Of a stretch of 64,000 nt of DNA, positions 1-10,512 are shown one piece after another (the first letter of the stretch is position 1; each line of letters begins with the position of its first letter). The stretch comes from Fervidobacterium sp. (GTDB lineage Bacteria > Thermotogota > Thermotogae > Thermotogales > Fervidobacteriaceae), in the NCBI GenBank assembly GCA_049970055.1, contig JBMFNR010000001.1:416001-480000 (forward strand). The letters run 5' to 3'. The notes beneath the pieces were generated by a model that had not been told where the DNA came from, made no database searches, and was given only the letters and a program-made list of their open reading frames with translations. The position numbers and the translations under genes are program-made.

Positions 1-1000
1 TGAAGAACTCGGAATTTATTTTTGGGTTATAACTGGTGGCGAACCGTTCTATTGGCCACATCTAATGGAGATACTTGAGGAGTTCAGTGAACATTACTTC
101 ATGATCTACTCCAATGGTATACTGATTACAGAAGAAAAAGCTGAGAAACTTGCAAAACTTGGAAATGCAACCATATCCATATCTGTTGAAGGATTCGAAG
201 CTGAAACAGACTGGAGGAGAGGGCACGGAGTCTTCAGAGCTATCCAAAATACATGGGAAAGATTGAGAAGATATGGTGTGCCATTTGGGGCAAGTGTAAC
301 TGCAACAAGGATGAATCACGATATAATAATGAAAGACGAGTTTTGGAATTTCTTAGAGGAAAATGGAGTAAATTATGTTTGGATTTATCAATTCATGCCA
401 GTAGGTCAAGATCCGATCATGGACCTTGTTCCTACACCACAGCAAAGGTACGAAAGATTTTTCAAAACTGAAGAAATGAGACTCAGTGGAAGGTTTGCAT
501 TTGTGGCAGATTTTTGGAACCATGGTTTCTTAACCCATGGGTGTTTGTCGGCAGGGGCCAAGTACTTCCATGTTAATGCAAAAGGTTACGTTGAACCATG
601 TGTGTTCCAACAATTTGCAGTTGATAGTATTAGGGAAAAAACGTTGCTTGAGATCTTCAAGTCGCCGTTTTTTGAAGCATACAAGAGAGCGATACCATTC
701 TCGAATAACCTTTTCAGACCATGCCCAATAATAGATAATCCTAAGGTATTCAGAGCTATGGTTAAGAACTTCAATGCGATACCGCAACACGAGGGTTCTG
801 AGAAAACAGTTACGGAATTAGCACCGCAGCTTGACCAACTTGCAGAAGAATGGAAAAAGTACGCAGACAAGCTTTGGTATGAATATGGATACGTGGAAAG
901 GTATCCCGTCAATAGAGGTATATACAACTACGAGACAAGAATGAAAAGATACGCAAACAGAGAAGAAGCACTTAAAGTTGATAAAAAGTTAAATGTTTAA
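1..1000 (+). CDS. Radical SAM/SPASM-domain protein (5' end outside window)
   Basis: Frame is open from the window edge (…WVITGGEPF…, the radical SAM GGE motif), with ISVEG and a C-terminal CLSAG…HVNAKGYVEPC SPASM/twitch motif. Confidence 0.85.
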   Translation, partial: EELGIYFWVITGGEPFYWPHLMEILEEFSEHYFMIYSNGILITEEKAEKLAKLGNATISISVEGFEAETDWRRGHGVFRAIQNTWERLRRYGVPFGASVTATRMNHDIIMKDEFWNFLEENGVNYVWIYQFMPVGQDPIMDLVPTPQQRYERFFKTEEMRLSGRFAFVADFWNHGFLTHGCLSAGAKYFHVNAKGYVEPCVFQQFAVDSIREKTLLEIFKSPFFEAYKRAIPFSNNLFRPCPIIDNPKVFRAMVKNFNAIPQHEGSEKTVTELAPQLDQLAEEWKKYADKLWYEYGYVERYPVNRGIYNYETRMKRYANREEALKVDKKLNV

Positions 1001-1028
1001 CTGAATTGATTTTATTCACAACTTATTT

Positions 1029-1646
1029 GTGTCTCATACAGGAGGCATGTATAAATTGGCTGAGAAAACTGTTCGAATTCACAGTAGCAATAAAACAAAG
1101 GAAAAGATAATAGAAGCTGCACGAAAATTATTCTCTGAAAAAGGGTTCGAAGGTGTCAGCATGGAGGACATTGCGCTCACCGCTGGTGTGCGCAAGTCTC
1201 TTATTTATTACTATTTTCCGAGCAAAGAACTACTTTTTGAAGAGGTTTGGATTAGCGTTATTGATGAATTGGAAAGAGATGTATTTGAAGAGGTAGAAAA
1301 TGAGAATAGTATAGTGAAAGCGATAAAAAAGTTAATAAAAAAATATGTCGAATTTGCAATGAATAAAGAAGAACTGAGCAAACTGATCGCAAAAGAAAGA
1401 ATGAATGTGCTTGAAAGTTCCCAAAATCTTTCGAAAGCCAAAAGTAGATATGAGAAACTACTTGATAAGGTGCAGAAAATATTTGAAAGAGGTAAACAAG
1501 AAAATGTTTTAAACGATGTTGATCCTTTAACAGCAACTGAAATTATCTCTTCTGTTGATTCTATTCCCAGAAAAAGCTTACTAAAAAGCATTGAAGAATT
1601 TTTGGTGAGGGTTATACTCAAAGAAAAAGCGGAACCTACGAAATAG
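1029..1646 (+). CDS. TetR/AcrR family transcriptional regulator (true start may be TTG 1056)
   Basis: N-terminal HTH: IIEAARKLFSEKGFEGVSMEDIA…SLIYYYFPSKE. Confidence 0.9.
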   Translation: MSHTGGMYKLAEKTVRIHSSNKTKEKIIEAARKLFSEKGFEGVSMEDIALTAGVRKSLIYYYFPSKELLFEEVWISVIDELERDVFEEVENENSIVKAIKKLIKKYVEFAMNKEELSKLIAKERMNVLESSQNLSKAKSRYEKLLDKVQKIFERGKQENVLNDVDPLTATEIISSVDSIPRKSLLKSIEEFLVRVILKEKAEPTK

Positions 1647-1666
1647 AAATGAGAGGGTGCCGATAG

Positions 1667-2863
1667 ATGGGAGAAAATCAAAGCTCATCAAAACTTATAA
1701 AGAAAAACGCATTTTATTTCATTATATTAATGGGTTTAGTGAGTTTGTTCAGTGATATTACATACGAAGGTGCAAGAAGCCTTGTTGGTCCATATCTTGG
1801 ACTACTTGGTGCGTCAGCTTTTGTTGTTAGTGCAGTCGCAGGATTTGGAGAGCTCCTCGGATACACACTGAGGTTTCTAACTGGGAAACTCGTAGACAGG
1901 ACAAAAAAGTATTGGTTCTTCGCTATACTCGGTTACTCAGTGAACCTTCTTGTGGTTCCGACACTTGCATTAACTAGGCACTGGGCCTTGGCAGCTATAT
2001 TGGTGATTTTAGAAAGAGTTGGTAAAGCGCTCAGAAAACCGGCAAAAGATACAATAACATCATTTGCAAGTAGCCAAGTTGGTTATGGGACTGGATTTGC
2101 GATAGAAGAGTTCATGGATCAAATTGGTGCAACGATCGGACCACTTTTTATGAGTGTGACCATAGCAAACAGTATAAAATTTGAAACAATAGATGCGTAC
2201 AGAAAAGCATTCTCATTTTTAGTTTTTCCGGCACTTATAACAATAGGGGTAATACTCATCGCAAAAGTTTTGGTTCCAAATCCTGAAAAAATGGAAAAGT
2301 CTCAAGAAATAAAAACAACAACAAAACTTGATAAAACTTTCTACACGTATTTGATCGGGATTTCACTAGTAGCTTTTGGATTTGCCGATTTTGCTTTGAT
2401 CGGATTTCATGCGCAGAGGATGAATTTGCTTTCTCCGGTATTTATTCCAATTGCATATATGGTAGCAATGATCGTTGATGCTTTTGCTGCGTTGATTTTT
2501 GGACGACTATTCGATAAATTTGGTATTAGTATTTTGGCTCTTTCAACGTTTATTAGTGCATTTTATGCTGTCTTATCATTTGGTAATAACGCAACCTCAA
2601 TTATGGTAGGCTCAGTACTTTGGGGAATTGGTATGGGAGCGCAGGAATCTATAATGAAAGCAAGTGTTGCTAAGCTTGTGAGCAAAGAAAGTCGAGCCAC
2701 CGCGTATGGGTTCTTTAACGCTGTGTTTGGAATAGCCTGGTTTGTTGGAAGTGCAGTGCTTGGTATTCTGTACGCAGTGAATGTAAAAACGCTTATCTTA
2801 ACTTCTACTATTGCAGAACTGTCCGCTTGTGCGGTTATATTAACAGTCAAGAAGAAGAAATAA
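1667..2863 (+). CDS. MFS transporter
   Basis: About 12 hydrophobic segments; MFS motifs GKLVDRT and GRLFDKFG. Confidence 0.9.
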   Translation: MGENQSSSKLIKKNAFYFIILMGLVSLFSDITYEGARSLVGPYLGLLGASAFVVSAVAGFGELLGYTLRFLTGKLVDRTKKYWFFAILGYSVNLLVVPTLALTRHWALAAILVILERVGKALRKPAKDTITSFASSQVGYGTGFAIEEFMDQIGATIGPLFMSVTIANSIKFETIDAYRKAFSFLVFPALITIGVILIAKVLVPNPEKMEKSQEIKTTTKLDKTFYTYLIGISLVAFGFADFALIGFHAQRMNLLSPVFIPIAYMVAMIVDAFAALIFGRLFDKFGISILALSTFISAFYAVLSFGNNATSIMVGSVLWGIGMGAQESIMKASVAKLVSKESRATAYGFFNAVFGIAWFVGSAVLGILYAVNVKTLILTSTIAELSACAVILTVKKKK

Positions 2864-2889
2864 TTCCGCAAATTTCAAAGTTCAAAACA

Positions 2890-2919
2890 AAAAGGGATGC
2901 GATTGCATCCCTTTTATTT
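2890..2919. terminator. Bidirectional intrinsic terminator
   Basis: AAAAGGGATGC-GATT-GCATCCCTTTT between convergent genes. Confidence 0.85.
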
Positions 2920-2944
2920 ATTCATTTTTCATTCTTACCTTTTG

Positions 2945-3304
2945 TTACTTTCTCTTTGTTACTCCCTGCTTTTTGTCGAGTCTTCTTTTGTACTCTGAAT
3001 ATGTTTTCTGACTGTCCTTGAGAAACTTCGCAAGTTTCTTTTCGAACTCTTCCTTTTTAGCTTCAGCTTGATTTTCTTGTGGTTCTTCTTTTAAGGAAAG
3101 TTCCCATTTACCGTCTCTCCCTTTTCCAACTACTTTGGCTTCCACCTCTTGCCCCACTTTTAAGAAATCCTCAACCTTTTGAACATATTGATTAGAAATC
3201 TTCGAAATGTGGACAAACCCTTTTTCTCCGTTTTCTAATTCGACGTTTGCTCCGAATTTGAGTACTTCCGTTACCTTACCTTTTACTACTTGGCCAACTT
3301 CCAT
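2945..3304 (-). CDS. S1 RNA-binding domain protein (YugI/YabR-like)
   Basis: MEVGQVVKGKVTEVLKFGANVEL…GFVHISKIS…WELSLK; C-terminal FEKKLAKFLKDS; SD GGAGG upstream of ATG 3304. Confidence 0.85.
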   Translation of the reverse strand: MEVGQVVKGKVTEVLKFGANVELENGEKGFVHISKISNQYVQKVEDFLKVGQEVEAKVVGKGRDGKWELSLKEEPQENQAEAKKEEFEKKLAKFLKDSQKTYSEYKRRLDKKQGVTKRK

Positions 3305-3357
3305 AAAATATAACCCTCCTGAAAAGTTAGATTGGAAGATGTACACTTAGTTAAATA

Positions 3358-3570
3358 TCAATACTTGCCTTCAAACTTCTTTTTAAATTTCTGGACACGC
3401 CCTTCTGTATCTACTATCAGTCCTGCACCTCCACTTCCTTTGTAAAGCGGATGGCAATTAGAACATACATCTACCTTGAGCTGATCTTTTGTAGTCCAGA
3501 GTTTGTGTTCTGCACCACACGCACATCTAACTGTTAAAAGCTTCATTTCTGGGTGTATACCCTTTTTCAA
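3358..3570 (-). CDS. rpmE: 50S ribosomal protein L31 (zinc-binding type)
   Basis: MKKGIHP…CACG…[11 protein letters not shown]…DTEGRVQKF. Confidence 0.97.
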   Translation of the reverse strand: MKKGIHPEMKLLTVRCACGAEHKLWTTKDQLKVDVCSNCHPLYKGSGGAGLIVDTEGRVQKFKKKFEGKY

Positions 3571-3656
3571 CTTGCTTCACCTCTCCTCAAATTTTTTGAC
3601 CGTTTAATCACGTTATATATTATCACTTTTCCCAGAATTTTTCAAGTCGTATATTT

Positions 3657-5471
3657 TTAAATTTTTACTTCTTTAAAATTCTCCTGGATAGTGTTGAGTA
3701 ATGCGATTGTCTGTCTCACATTTGCGAAGACCTGATTGAGCTCGTCTAAAAACCTTTGGATTGAAGCGCTGATTTCTTCGGCAGTAGCCGAGCTTTCTTC
3801 CGATATTGCAAGTAAGTTTTGTATACTTGTCGTTATTGCTTCAAGCTTTTGTGTTTCGTTATTTAAAGTTTCAACCAAGCTATTCAGCTGAACTGTTATT
3901 TGTGAAATGATTTCACTTGATTCTTTGCTCTGGGCGGCACTATCTGAGAGGTTTGTGGACTGCTTTTTTAATTCCTCATAGCCTTTAACAACGCTCTGGC
4001 TAAGCTTGTCTATTCCACCTGAGATGGTACCCAAGAACTGGGAAATCTTCACCGCGGAAGCTTTGCTTTCTTCTGCTAGTTTTCTAATTTCATCAGCCAC
4101 AACCGCAAATCCTCTACCAGCTTCTCCACTTCTTGCCGCTTCAATAGCTGCGTTGAGCGCAAGTAAGTTCGTTTGCTCAGCGATGCTCATAACGGTATTG
4201 GCAATATCCATAATTGCACTTGCTTGGTTTCTAAGTTCCTCGCTTTCCTTAGCAATACCTTCGAATTCTTTACTCATCAAATTCATTCCGGAAGCCGAGC
4301 CTTCTACGCTTTTTGCAGCTGTGATGATTTTTTGAACAGCAATATTTAGATTACTGATAATCTGGTTTTGCTGGCTAATCGTTCTTGAAATGGTATCAAC
4401 ATTCGAGGAGACAGCTTCGGATATTCTTTCAGCGTCATTACTTATTTGTACGGCAGTATCCGCAACTTGACCAGATAATTCTTTCATAGTATCGATCTGC
4501 TCCTGGACAACGTTTGAAGATTCTAAAGTTCTTTTAGCAAATGCCATTATTTCTTCGGTATCGCCTTGTAATCCAATCAAGAATTCTCTTAAAGTGAAAA
4601 GAGCATCACTATTTTCCTTAGAAATGTTTTCAAAGTCCTTTTCACCTGTAAGAACAACTACTCTGTTGAAATCTTTTTCCTTGAAAACCTGTGGTATTTC
4701 CTTAATCCCTTCGATGCCTTTCTTATAGTCATGCAAACCCAAATATACACCAATAAGCACTGCAACTCCTGTGGCGAGTGAACCAAACAAGGGTCCTAAT
4801 AAAGAAGTAAAAAGCCAAGAAAAAACAAAGGTCAGTAGAGGAAACACCACTGTGTAAGTGGACACAAAGGACTTAAGCAGCCCCAGTGAGAAAACTTTGT
4901 AACTATTCAACTTTACTTTTTTTCCATAAGGTTTTGTTGAAACAATTTTAACTTCGATGAAGGAACCGGAATTTGAAGATCCTTGGTTTAGCACTTCTAT
5001 TTTTAATGGATCGTTGAAAAATTCTGATGCACCCTTCAAAAGTCCAAGAAAATAATACCTAAAGTCCCTCGTTGATTCGTATTTAACTATGGCTGTTTTT
5101 TCATCGATGTAATTGAAGATTATCCTAGGAGGCCTTGCCCCCGAGATTCGCCTTGTTAGTGCTCTGTGTACGCTGTCCATCGCATTCAAAAATGACATAC
5201 ATCCGTTTTTCTTAAAATAGTTTGGATAGAATGAGTGAAATGAGCGTATATTATTGAAACCCGTTTCCTCCCACAATTGTTCATATGTTTTGCCTACTTT
5301 CTGCGCTAATCTTTGAGAGAACTTTACAACCAAATCATCAGGTATATCATTTGTTGGAACAAGAAGCTTGAATGTATCGATCTTAAATTCATCGATGAGC
5401 TGATTCACGGCAGATTCTCCATAAAGCTTTTTCCAAGTATTTATCCAAATGTTCATGACGAAACTCTTCAT
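3657..5471 (-). CDS. H-NOX (heme NO/O2-binding) domain methyl-accepting chemotaxis protein
   Basis: N-terminal H-NOX with YESTR (YxSxR) and proximal His (MDSVH); two TM segments; MCP tip [38 protein letters not shown]. Confidence 0.93.
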   Translation of the reverse strand: MKSFVMNIWINTWKKLYGESAVNQLIDEFKIDTFKLLVPTNDIPDDLVVKFSQRLAQKVGKTYEQLWEETGFNNIRSFHSFYPNYFKKNGCMSFLNAMDSVHRALTRRISGARPPRIIFNYIDEKTAIVKYESTRDFRYYFLGLLKGASEFFNDPLKIEVLNQGSSNSGSFIEVKIVSTKPYGKKVKLNSYKVFSLGLLKSFVSTYTVVFPLLTFVFSWLFTSLLGPLFGSLATGVAVLIGVYLGLHDYKKGIEGIKEIPQVFKEKDFNRVVVLTGEKDFENISKENSDALFTLREFLIGLQGDTEEIMAFAKRTLESSNVVQEQIDTMKELSGQVADTAVQISNDAERISEAVSSNVDTISRTISQQNQIISNLNIAVQKIITAAKSVEGSASGMNLMSKEFEGIAKESEELRNQASAIMDIANTVMSIAEQTNLLALNAAIEAARSGEAGRGFAVVADEIRKLAEESKASAVKISQFLGTISGGIDKLSQSVVKGYEELKKQSTNLSDSAAQSKESSEIISQITVQLNSLVETLNNETQKLEAITTSIQNLLAISEESSATAEEISASIQRFLDELNQVFANVRQTIALLNTIQENFKEVKI

Positions 5472-5584
5472 AAGATCCACACCTCCATTTAACTATTTCA
5501 AATGTATCAAATATATGCTATAATAACAATTATAACATAAAGTGACAAAAAAAAGCAAATATATACTTTTGAGGAGGTCTTCTT

Positions 5585-6268
5585 ATGTGTAGAATGGCAG
5601 GTTTTAGTTTTAACACACCTCAAAATATCAGCAACATAATTGGCTTTACAAAAATAATGGCTCAATTTGGTATAGAGTCTCCGCACAACGATGGTTGGGG
5701 ATGCGTCCTCTCAGATGGTTCAAAAACGTTGCAGTACAAATCGATTAAACCCATATATCAAGATGATTTAGGTTTGACAAAAATTGATGAAGAATTCAAA
5801 ATTGGTATAATTCACGCACGCTTAGCATCGAAAGGATTGCCTAAAACAACTCTCCAGCTCCATCCGTTCCACAAAAAAGGTATGTACTTCGCACATAATG
5901 GCACGATAAAGAGCGCAAAGAGAGAAAATGTCTATCAAAGTGACACTTATGAATATTTTGAGAATATATCAGAATTTAAATCATTATATGAACTTGCCAA
6001 AAATATTGAATCTTTTGCTAAAGAAAATGAATTTACCGGTATGAACTTTATTATATTTGACGAAATAGAAGAAACCTTGTACGTTTGTTGTTTGTACAAA
6101 GACACTCCAAAAAATAGAGAGTACTTTACGCTTCATTATTACGAAGAAGATGGAAATTTCATCGTGTATTCAGAGAAGTACTCTCCTCATTTTAAACCTA
6201 TGGAGAATGGAGAAATTTTCAAAATTAGAGATGGAAAAATCACTGAAAAAGCTATGATTAATCTTTAA
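5585..6268 (+). CDS. Class II glutamine amidotransferase-like protein (YafJ/EgtC-like)
   Basis: N-terminal MCR; HNDGWG; IHARLAS; HPF; FAHNGTI; SDT. Confidence 0.85.
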   Translation: MCRMAGFSFNTPQNISNIIGFTKIMAQFGIESPHNDGWGCVLSDGSKTLQYKSIKPIYQDDLGLTKIDEEFKIGIIHARLASKGLPKTTLQLHPFHKKGMYFAHNGTIKSAKRENVYQSDTYEYFENISEFKSLYELAKNIESFAKENEFTGMNFIIFDEIEETLYVCCLYKDTPKNREYFTLHYYEEDGNFIVYSEKYSPHFKPMENGEIFKIRDGKITEKAMINL

Positions 6269-7541
6269 CCACGTCTCCACGCTTGACAAATTGTAAAGTT
6301 ATAACAGATAGTGTTAGAAATATTATCGATAAAATAAAAAGCGTTCCATAACCGACTTTATCTATAAAGAAACCTGCAAGTGGTGGAGCTATGATATTTG
6401 CTGTCATTGAAAAGAAATAGTAAAGCCCCGTATACCCACCGACTTTTTCAGCATCTGTCATATCAACAATCGTAGGCAAGGAGTTCACATTTATCATTGC
6501 CCAACCAATGCCACCAACAGCAAAGAGTAGAAAATAAACTCTTGTTATAAAAGATACATCATTTGCCACGTTCCCGATGACAAATGCTAAGACTAAGATA
6601 ACTATAACTGTTGTTAAACCCACCGTCATTATTTTTTTTCTCCCAAACTTTGTACCTATGTATCCCGCAGGAATTGCGAACAACATGAAACTTAATGAAA
6701 AAAATCCAAGAATGAGCGCACCCGTACTTTCCGTAATTCCAATTTTGAATTTAGCATAACTTGTAAAAAATGTTTCAATTGCATTGTATCCGATGAACCA
6801 CAATAATATTGATAATAGCATCATTAATAAACTTTTTTCTGTTGATAGAAAAACATCTTTTAAATTGATACTCAGTTCCGACACAGTTTTACGGTAAACA
6901 TTTTCAAATTTTATCTTTTCAACACCCTTAACTTTGTACCTCTCATCTTCTTTTATGAAAATCACAACCAAGAGTTGGGAAACTAACAAAATCAAAGCGC
7001 CAGCATAAAATGGTAAACCGTAATTCTTATCGTAAAGGGGTTTACCTGCGAAATAAGCAAGTAGAGCACCGATTCCACCCATGAAGTTTATAACGCCATT
7101 TGCTTGACTCCGGTATTCAGAGGGTGTTATATCTGGCATAAGTGCTATGACGGGTGATCTAAAAAGCGCCATGAAGAAATTCATACAAATAATATTAAAC
7201 ATCATGATCCAAAGTAGTTGAGTATCTCTTGTTATTGGTATCAAACCAAATGTAATTGCTGCTAATGGTGCTCCTACAACTATGTACGGCATTCTTCTTC
7301 CTAGCTTAGTTCTTGTTTGGTCGCTCATAACACCGATAAGTGGAAGCATAATTATGGCAAATAAATTATCAATCGTCATGACAAAACCAATAACTGTTGA
7401 TGAGAGGCTGAAATCTTTTAAGAAAATTGGTACGTACGCATTATAAAGTGGCCAAACAGTACTTATACCAAAAAATCCAAAGCCGAGCAGTAAAAGAGTT
7501 TTGAAGTTAAATCTAGAAACCTTCGCGCCTTTCAGTTCCAT
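6258..7541 (-). CDS. MFS sugar transporter (SLC45/MalT-like)
   Basis: About 12 TM segments; MSDQTRTKLGRRMPYI motif. Confidence 0.85.
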   Translation of the reverse strand: MELKGAKVSRFNFKTLLLLGFGFFGISTVWPLYNAYVPIFLKDFSLSSTVIGFVMTIDNLFAIIMLPLIGVMSDQTRTKLGRRMPYIVVGAPLAAITFGLIPITRDTQLLWIMMFNIICMNFFMALFRSPVIALMPDITPSEYRSQANGVINFMGGIGALLAYFAGKPLYDKNYGLPFYAGALILLVSQLLVVIFIKEDERYKVKGVEKIKFENVYRKTVSELSINLKDVFLSTEKSLLMMLLSILLWFIGYNAIETFFTSYAKFKIGITESTGALILGFFSLSFMLFAIPAGYIGTKFGRKKIMTVGLTTVIVILVLAFVIGNVANDVSFITRVYFLLFAVGGIGWAMINVNSLPTIVDMTDAEKVGGYTGLYYFFSMTANIIAPPLAGFFIDKVGYGTLFILSIIFLTLSVITLQFVKRGDVVKD

Positions 7542-7611
7542 ACATCTCCCCCCTTATCTTTATGTGTTATTGAAATTATTTGGACAATGATAGTCTATCA
7601 CAAATGTGTTA

Positions 7612-7651
7612 AAAAACAAAAAGCGGTCCGAAAAGGACCGCTTTTTGTTTT
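7612..7651 (-). terminator. Intrinsic terminator downstream of the NCS2 permease
   Basis: AAAACAAAAAGCGGTCC-GAAAA-GGACCGCTTTTTGTTTT. Confidence 0.9.
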
Positions 7652-7673
7652 GCTTTTTGTTTTTGAATTATTG

Positions 7674-9029
7674 TTACTCTCTAAAGAAAGTTAGATAGGC
7701 GATGAACAATAGTGCAAGGACCCATGTGAACCAGTGTACTTGCTTGCTTTTTCCAGAAAATGTTTTGACGATTGGATAGGTTATAATTCCAAGTGCTATA
7801 CCGTTAGCTATTGAGTAAGTGAATGGTATCATCGTAAGTGTGACGAAAGCCGGTACCGCATCAGTTACATCGTCCCATTTTATTGTCATAAGACTCTTAA
7901 TCATAAGAACTCCAACGAATATAAGAGCAGGTGCTGTTGCTGCTGATGGGATTGTCAGTGCTAAAGGTGAGAAAAATAGCATTAATACCATCATTATCGC
8001 TACAACAATCGCGGTTAAACCTGTTCTACCGCCTGCCGCAATACCAGTACTGCTCTCAATGTATGTCGTCACAGTTGATGTGCCGAACAACGAACCTATG
8101 ACCGTACCAACAGCATCAGCTAAATATGCTCTTTTGGCCCTTTCCAATTCACCGTTCTTCTTTGCAAAACCTGCGCTCTCTGCCAAACCTGTTAAAGTGC
8201 CAAGTGTATCAAAGAAATCAACAAAGAAGAACGTGCCAACCACGATCCAAAAGGCTCCAGAGAAGAGCGTTTGAGCATCAAATTGAATTTTCAAGAACGT
8301 AGGTGAAATATCTGGAATTTTACCGATTATACCTTGGTAATGAGTAACATTAAAAATTGGTAATGCACCTATTATTGTTGTTAAAAATATGCCAAGCAGT
8401 ATAGATCCTGGAATCTGGAGAGCAAACAAAACAACAGTTATGAAAAAACCAATTATTGCAAGTAACGTGTCCGGTTTGTTCAAATGACCAAGTGTAACTG
8501 CGGTGATTGGGTCTGGCATTACGATTCCTGCATTTTTAAGTCCTATCAACGCAATAAATAAACCGATACCAGCACCTGTTGCCGCTTTCACAGGTTGTGG
8601 AACAGCTGTTGCTACAAAACTTCTCGCTCCTGTAAGTGTAAGAATTATGAATATGATTCCTTCAATAAAAACAGCGGTAAGAGCTAGTTGCCATGGGATT
8701 CCAAGCTTGAGGCATACTGTGTACGTAAAGTAAGCGTTGAGTCCCATACCAGGTGCTAACGCAAATGGATAATTCGCAAAAAGCCCCATTATAAGCGTTG
8801 CTACTGCACTGCCCAATATAGTTGCCACCATGAAAGCACCGTAGTATGAGTTGTAAAGTGTTTGGTCAACAATTTTACCAACCTGATCAAATATCCCAGG
8901 AACTGCTTGAACCAGAATAGAAGGATTTACAAAGACGATGTAGGCCATCGTCAGAAAGGTTGTGATACCTGCAATAACTTCCTTGCGTACAGTTGAACCT
9001 GCTTGTGAGATGCCAAAATACCTGTCCAT
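7674..9029 (-). CDS. NCS2/AzgA family purine permease
   Basis: EVIAGITTFLTMAYI, ALAPGMGLNAYF, FFDTLGTL, YIESSTGIAAGGRTGLT. Confidence 0.93.
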   Translation of the reverse strand: MDRYFGISQAGSTVRKEVIAGITTFLTMAYIVFVNPSILVQAVPGIFDQVGKIVDQTLYNSYYGAFMVATILGSAVATLIMGLFANYPFALAPGMGLNAYFTYTVCLKLGIPWQLALTAVFIEGIIFIILTLTGARSFVATAVPQPVKAATGAGIGLFIALIGLKNAGIVMPDPITAVTLGHLNKPDTLLAIIGFFITVVLFALQIPGSILLGIFLTTIIGALPIFNVTHYQGIIGKIPDISPTFLKIQFDAQTLFSGAFWIVVGTFFFVDFFDTLGTLTGLAESAGFAKKNGELERAKRAYLADAVGTVIGSLFGTSTVTTYIESSTGIAAGGRTGLTAIVVAIMMVLMLFFSPLALTIPSAATAPALIFVGVLMIKSLMTIKWDDVTDAVPAFVTLTMIPFTYSIANGIALGIITYPIVKTFSGKSKQVHWFTWVLALLFIAYLTFFRE

Positions 9030-9079
9030 AAACTCACTCCCCCACGAAAATGTTGTTAACATGATTTTTAGCATGTTTA

Positions 9080-9295
9080 TTATTTTAGTTTAATCTTTGT
9101 TTTGTTTTCGAACTCTACTACTATACCATCAACCACGATATGGTCTATATCTGTCCCCTCAACCATCTGTATTATCGCATCTTCGAGATCTTTCCTTTCT
9201 TTATTCAACTCCTTTATCGTTTCTTTTACTCTCAGATACCTTCTTACAAAATTTTCAAGCGTTTGAAGAAATTGCTCGTTTTGTGCGCTATCCAT
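9080..9295 (-). CDS. Small coiled-coil hypothetical protein
   Basis: 71 aa ORF with SD GAGGA; co-oriented within the operon. Confidence 0.7.
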   Translation of the reverse strand: MDSAQNEQFLQTLENFVRRYLRVKETIKELNKERKDLEDAIIQMVEGTDIDHIVVDGIVVEFENKTKIKLK

Positions 9296-9314
9296 AAAGG
9301 TCCTCCTCTTATAT

Positions 9315-10451
9315 TTATTTGCTTAGTGCTTCTGCAATTTTCTCTACAACTGTTTTAACTTCTTCGAATGTTAATTCAGGGAATATTGGCAGTGCAAGTG
9401 TCGTTTTGGATAACCTTTCTGAAACTGGAAAGTCTCCTTCCTTGTAACCAAATTGCGTAAAGCATTTTTGCAAGTGTAATGGCAACGGGTAATACACGGC
9501 GGTACCAATTTTATTTTCTTCAAGATACTTTCTTACCTTATCTCTTGTTTGTTCACTCTCGAATTCGACAACGTACTGGTGATACACATGTGATTTAAAG
9601 CCTTTTTCCTGAACTTTTGGAAATTTCACAGGTATGTTCTTTTCGATGAACAACCTTTGATATTCATTGGCTATCTGTATCCTTCTTTGAGTCCATTCAT
9701 CCAAGTACTTCAGCTTGATTGATAATATAGCAGCGTGTAATGCATCAAGTCTTGAGTTGTATCCAACTATCTCGTGAAAATACTTCTTTTTTGAACCATG
9801 CTGTCTCAGCATTCTTGACTTTTCAGCGAGCGTATCATCGTTTGTAACTATCATTCCGGCATCGCCGTAAGCACCGAGATTTTTTGTCGGGAAAAACGAA
9901 AAAATACCGATATCACCAGCTGTTCCAGATTTCAGGACTCTATCACCAATTTTCCCCTCACTTCCCACCGACTGTGCGGCATCCTCCAATATTTTAACAT
10001 GATATTTTTCTTTTAGAAAGTGCAAATGTTCAAAATCAACAGATCGACCAAACAAATGTACGGGAATTATAACATTGACATTTTCTTTTTTCAAAACATT
10101 CTCAACATGATTCAGATTGATGTTGTATGTTTCCTCATCGACATCAACAAAAACAGGTTCTCCGCCATTCCTTACAATACATGAGGCTGTTGCAAAGAAT
10201 GTATAAGGTGTGGTAATAACTTTTTCACCTCTTTCTATCTCCAAAGAGTGTAGTGCTATGACAAGTGCATCACTACCGTTAGCAACTCCGATTGCATGCT
10301 TTACACCAAGGTATTGAGCAAATTGCCTTTCAAAGTTCTCAACGTAAGGTCCAAGTATCACAGTGCCGTTAGAGAGTACCTCATCGACGACTTTTAAAAC
10401 TTCTTCTTTTATTTTTTGATACTGCCTTGTTAAGTCAAACAAAGGAATCAT
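9315..10451 (-). CDS. DegT/DnrJ/EryC1/StrS PLP-dependent sugar aminotransferase
   Basis: VANGSDAL, EDAAQS, FSFFPTKNLGAYGDAG, GYNSRLD. Confidence 0.95.
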   Translation of the reverse strand: MIPLFDLTRQYQKIKEEVLKVVDEVLSNGTVILGPYVENFERQFAQYLGVKHAIGVANGSDALVIALHSLEIERGEKVITTPYTFFATASCIVRNGGEPVFVDVDEETYNINLNHVENVLKKENVNVIIPVHLFGRSVDFEHLHFLKEKYHVKILEDAAQSVGSEGKIGDRVLKSGTAGDIGIFSFFPTKNLGAYGDAGMIVTNDDTLAEKSRMLRQHGSKKKYFHEIVGYNSRLDALHAAILSIKLKYLDEWTQRRIQIANEYQRLFIEKNIPVKFPKVQEKGFKSHVYHQYVVEFESEQTRDKVRKYLEENKIGTAVYYPLPLHLQKCFTQFGYKEGDFPVSERLSKTTLALPIFPELTFEEVKTVVEKIAEALSK

Positions 10452-10512
10452 AAGTAGTCCTCCCGCATATGATTTGATTTCAATTGCTATTTTTCAAAAT
10501 TACCATTCTAAC

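Noticed and set aside
9030..9079. Purine riboswitch before the NCS2 permease
   Set aside because: Only 50 nt of intergenic space and no aptamer consensus
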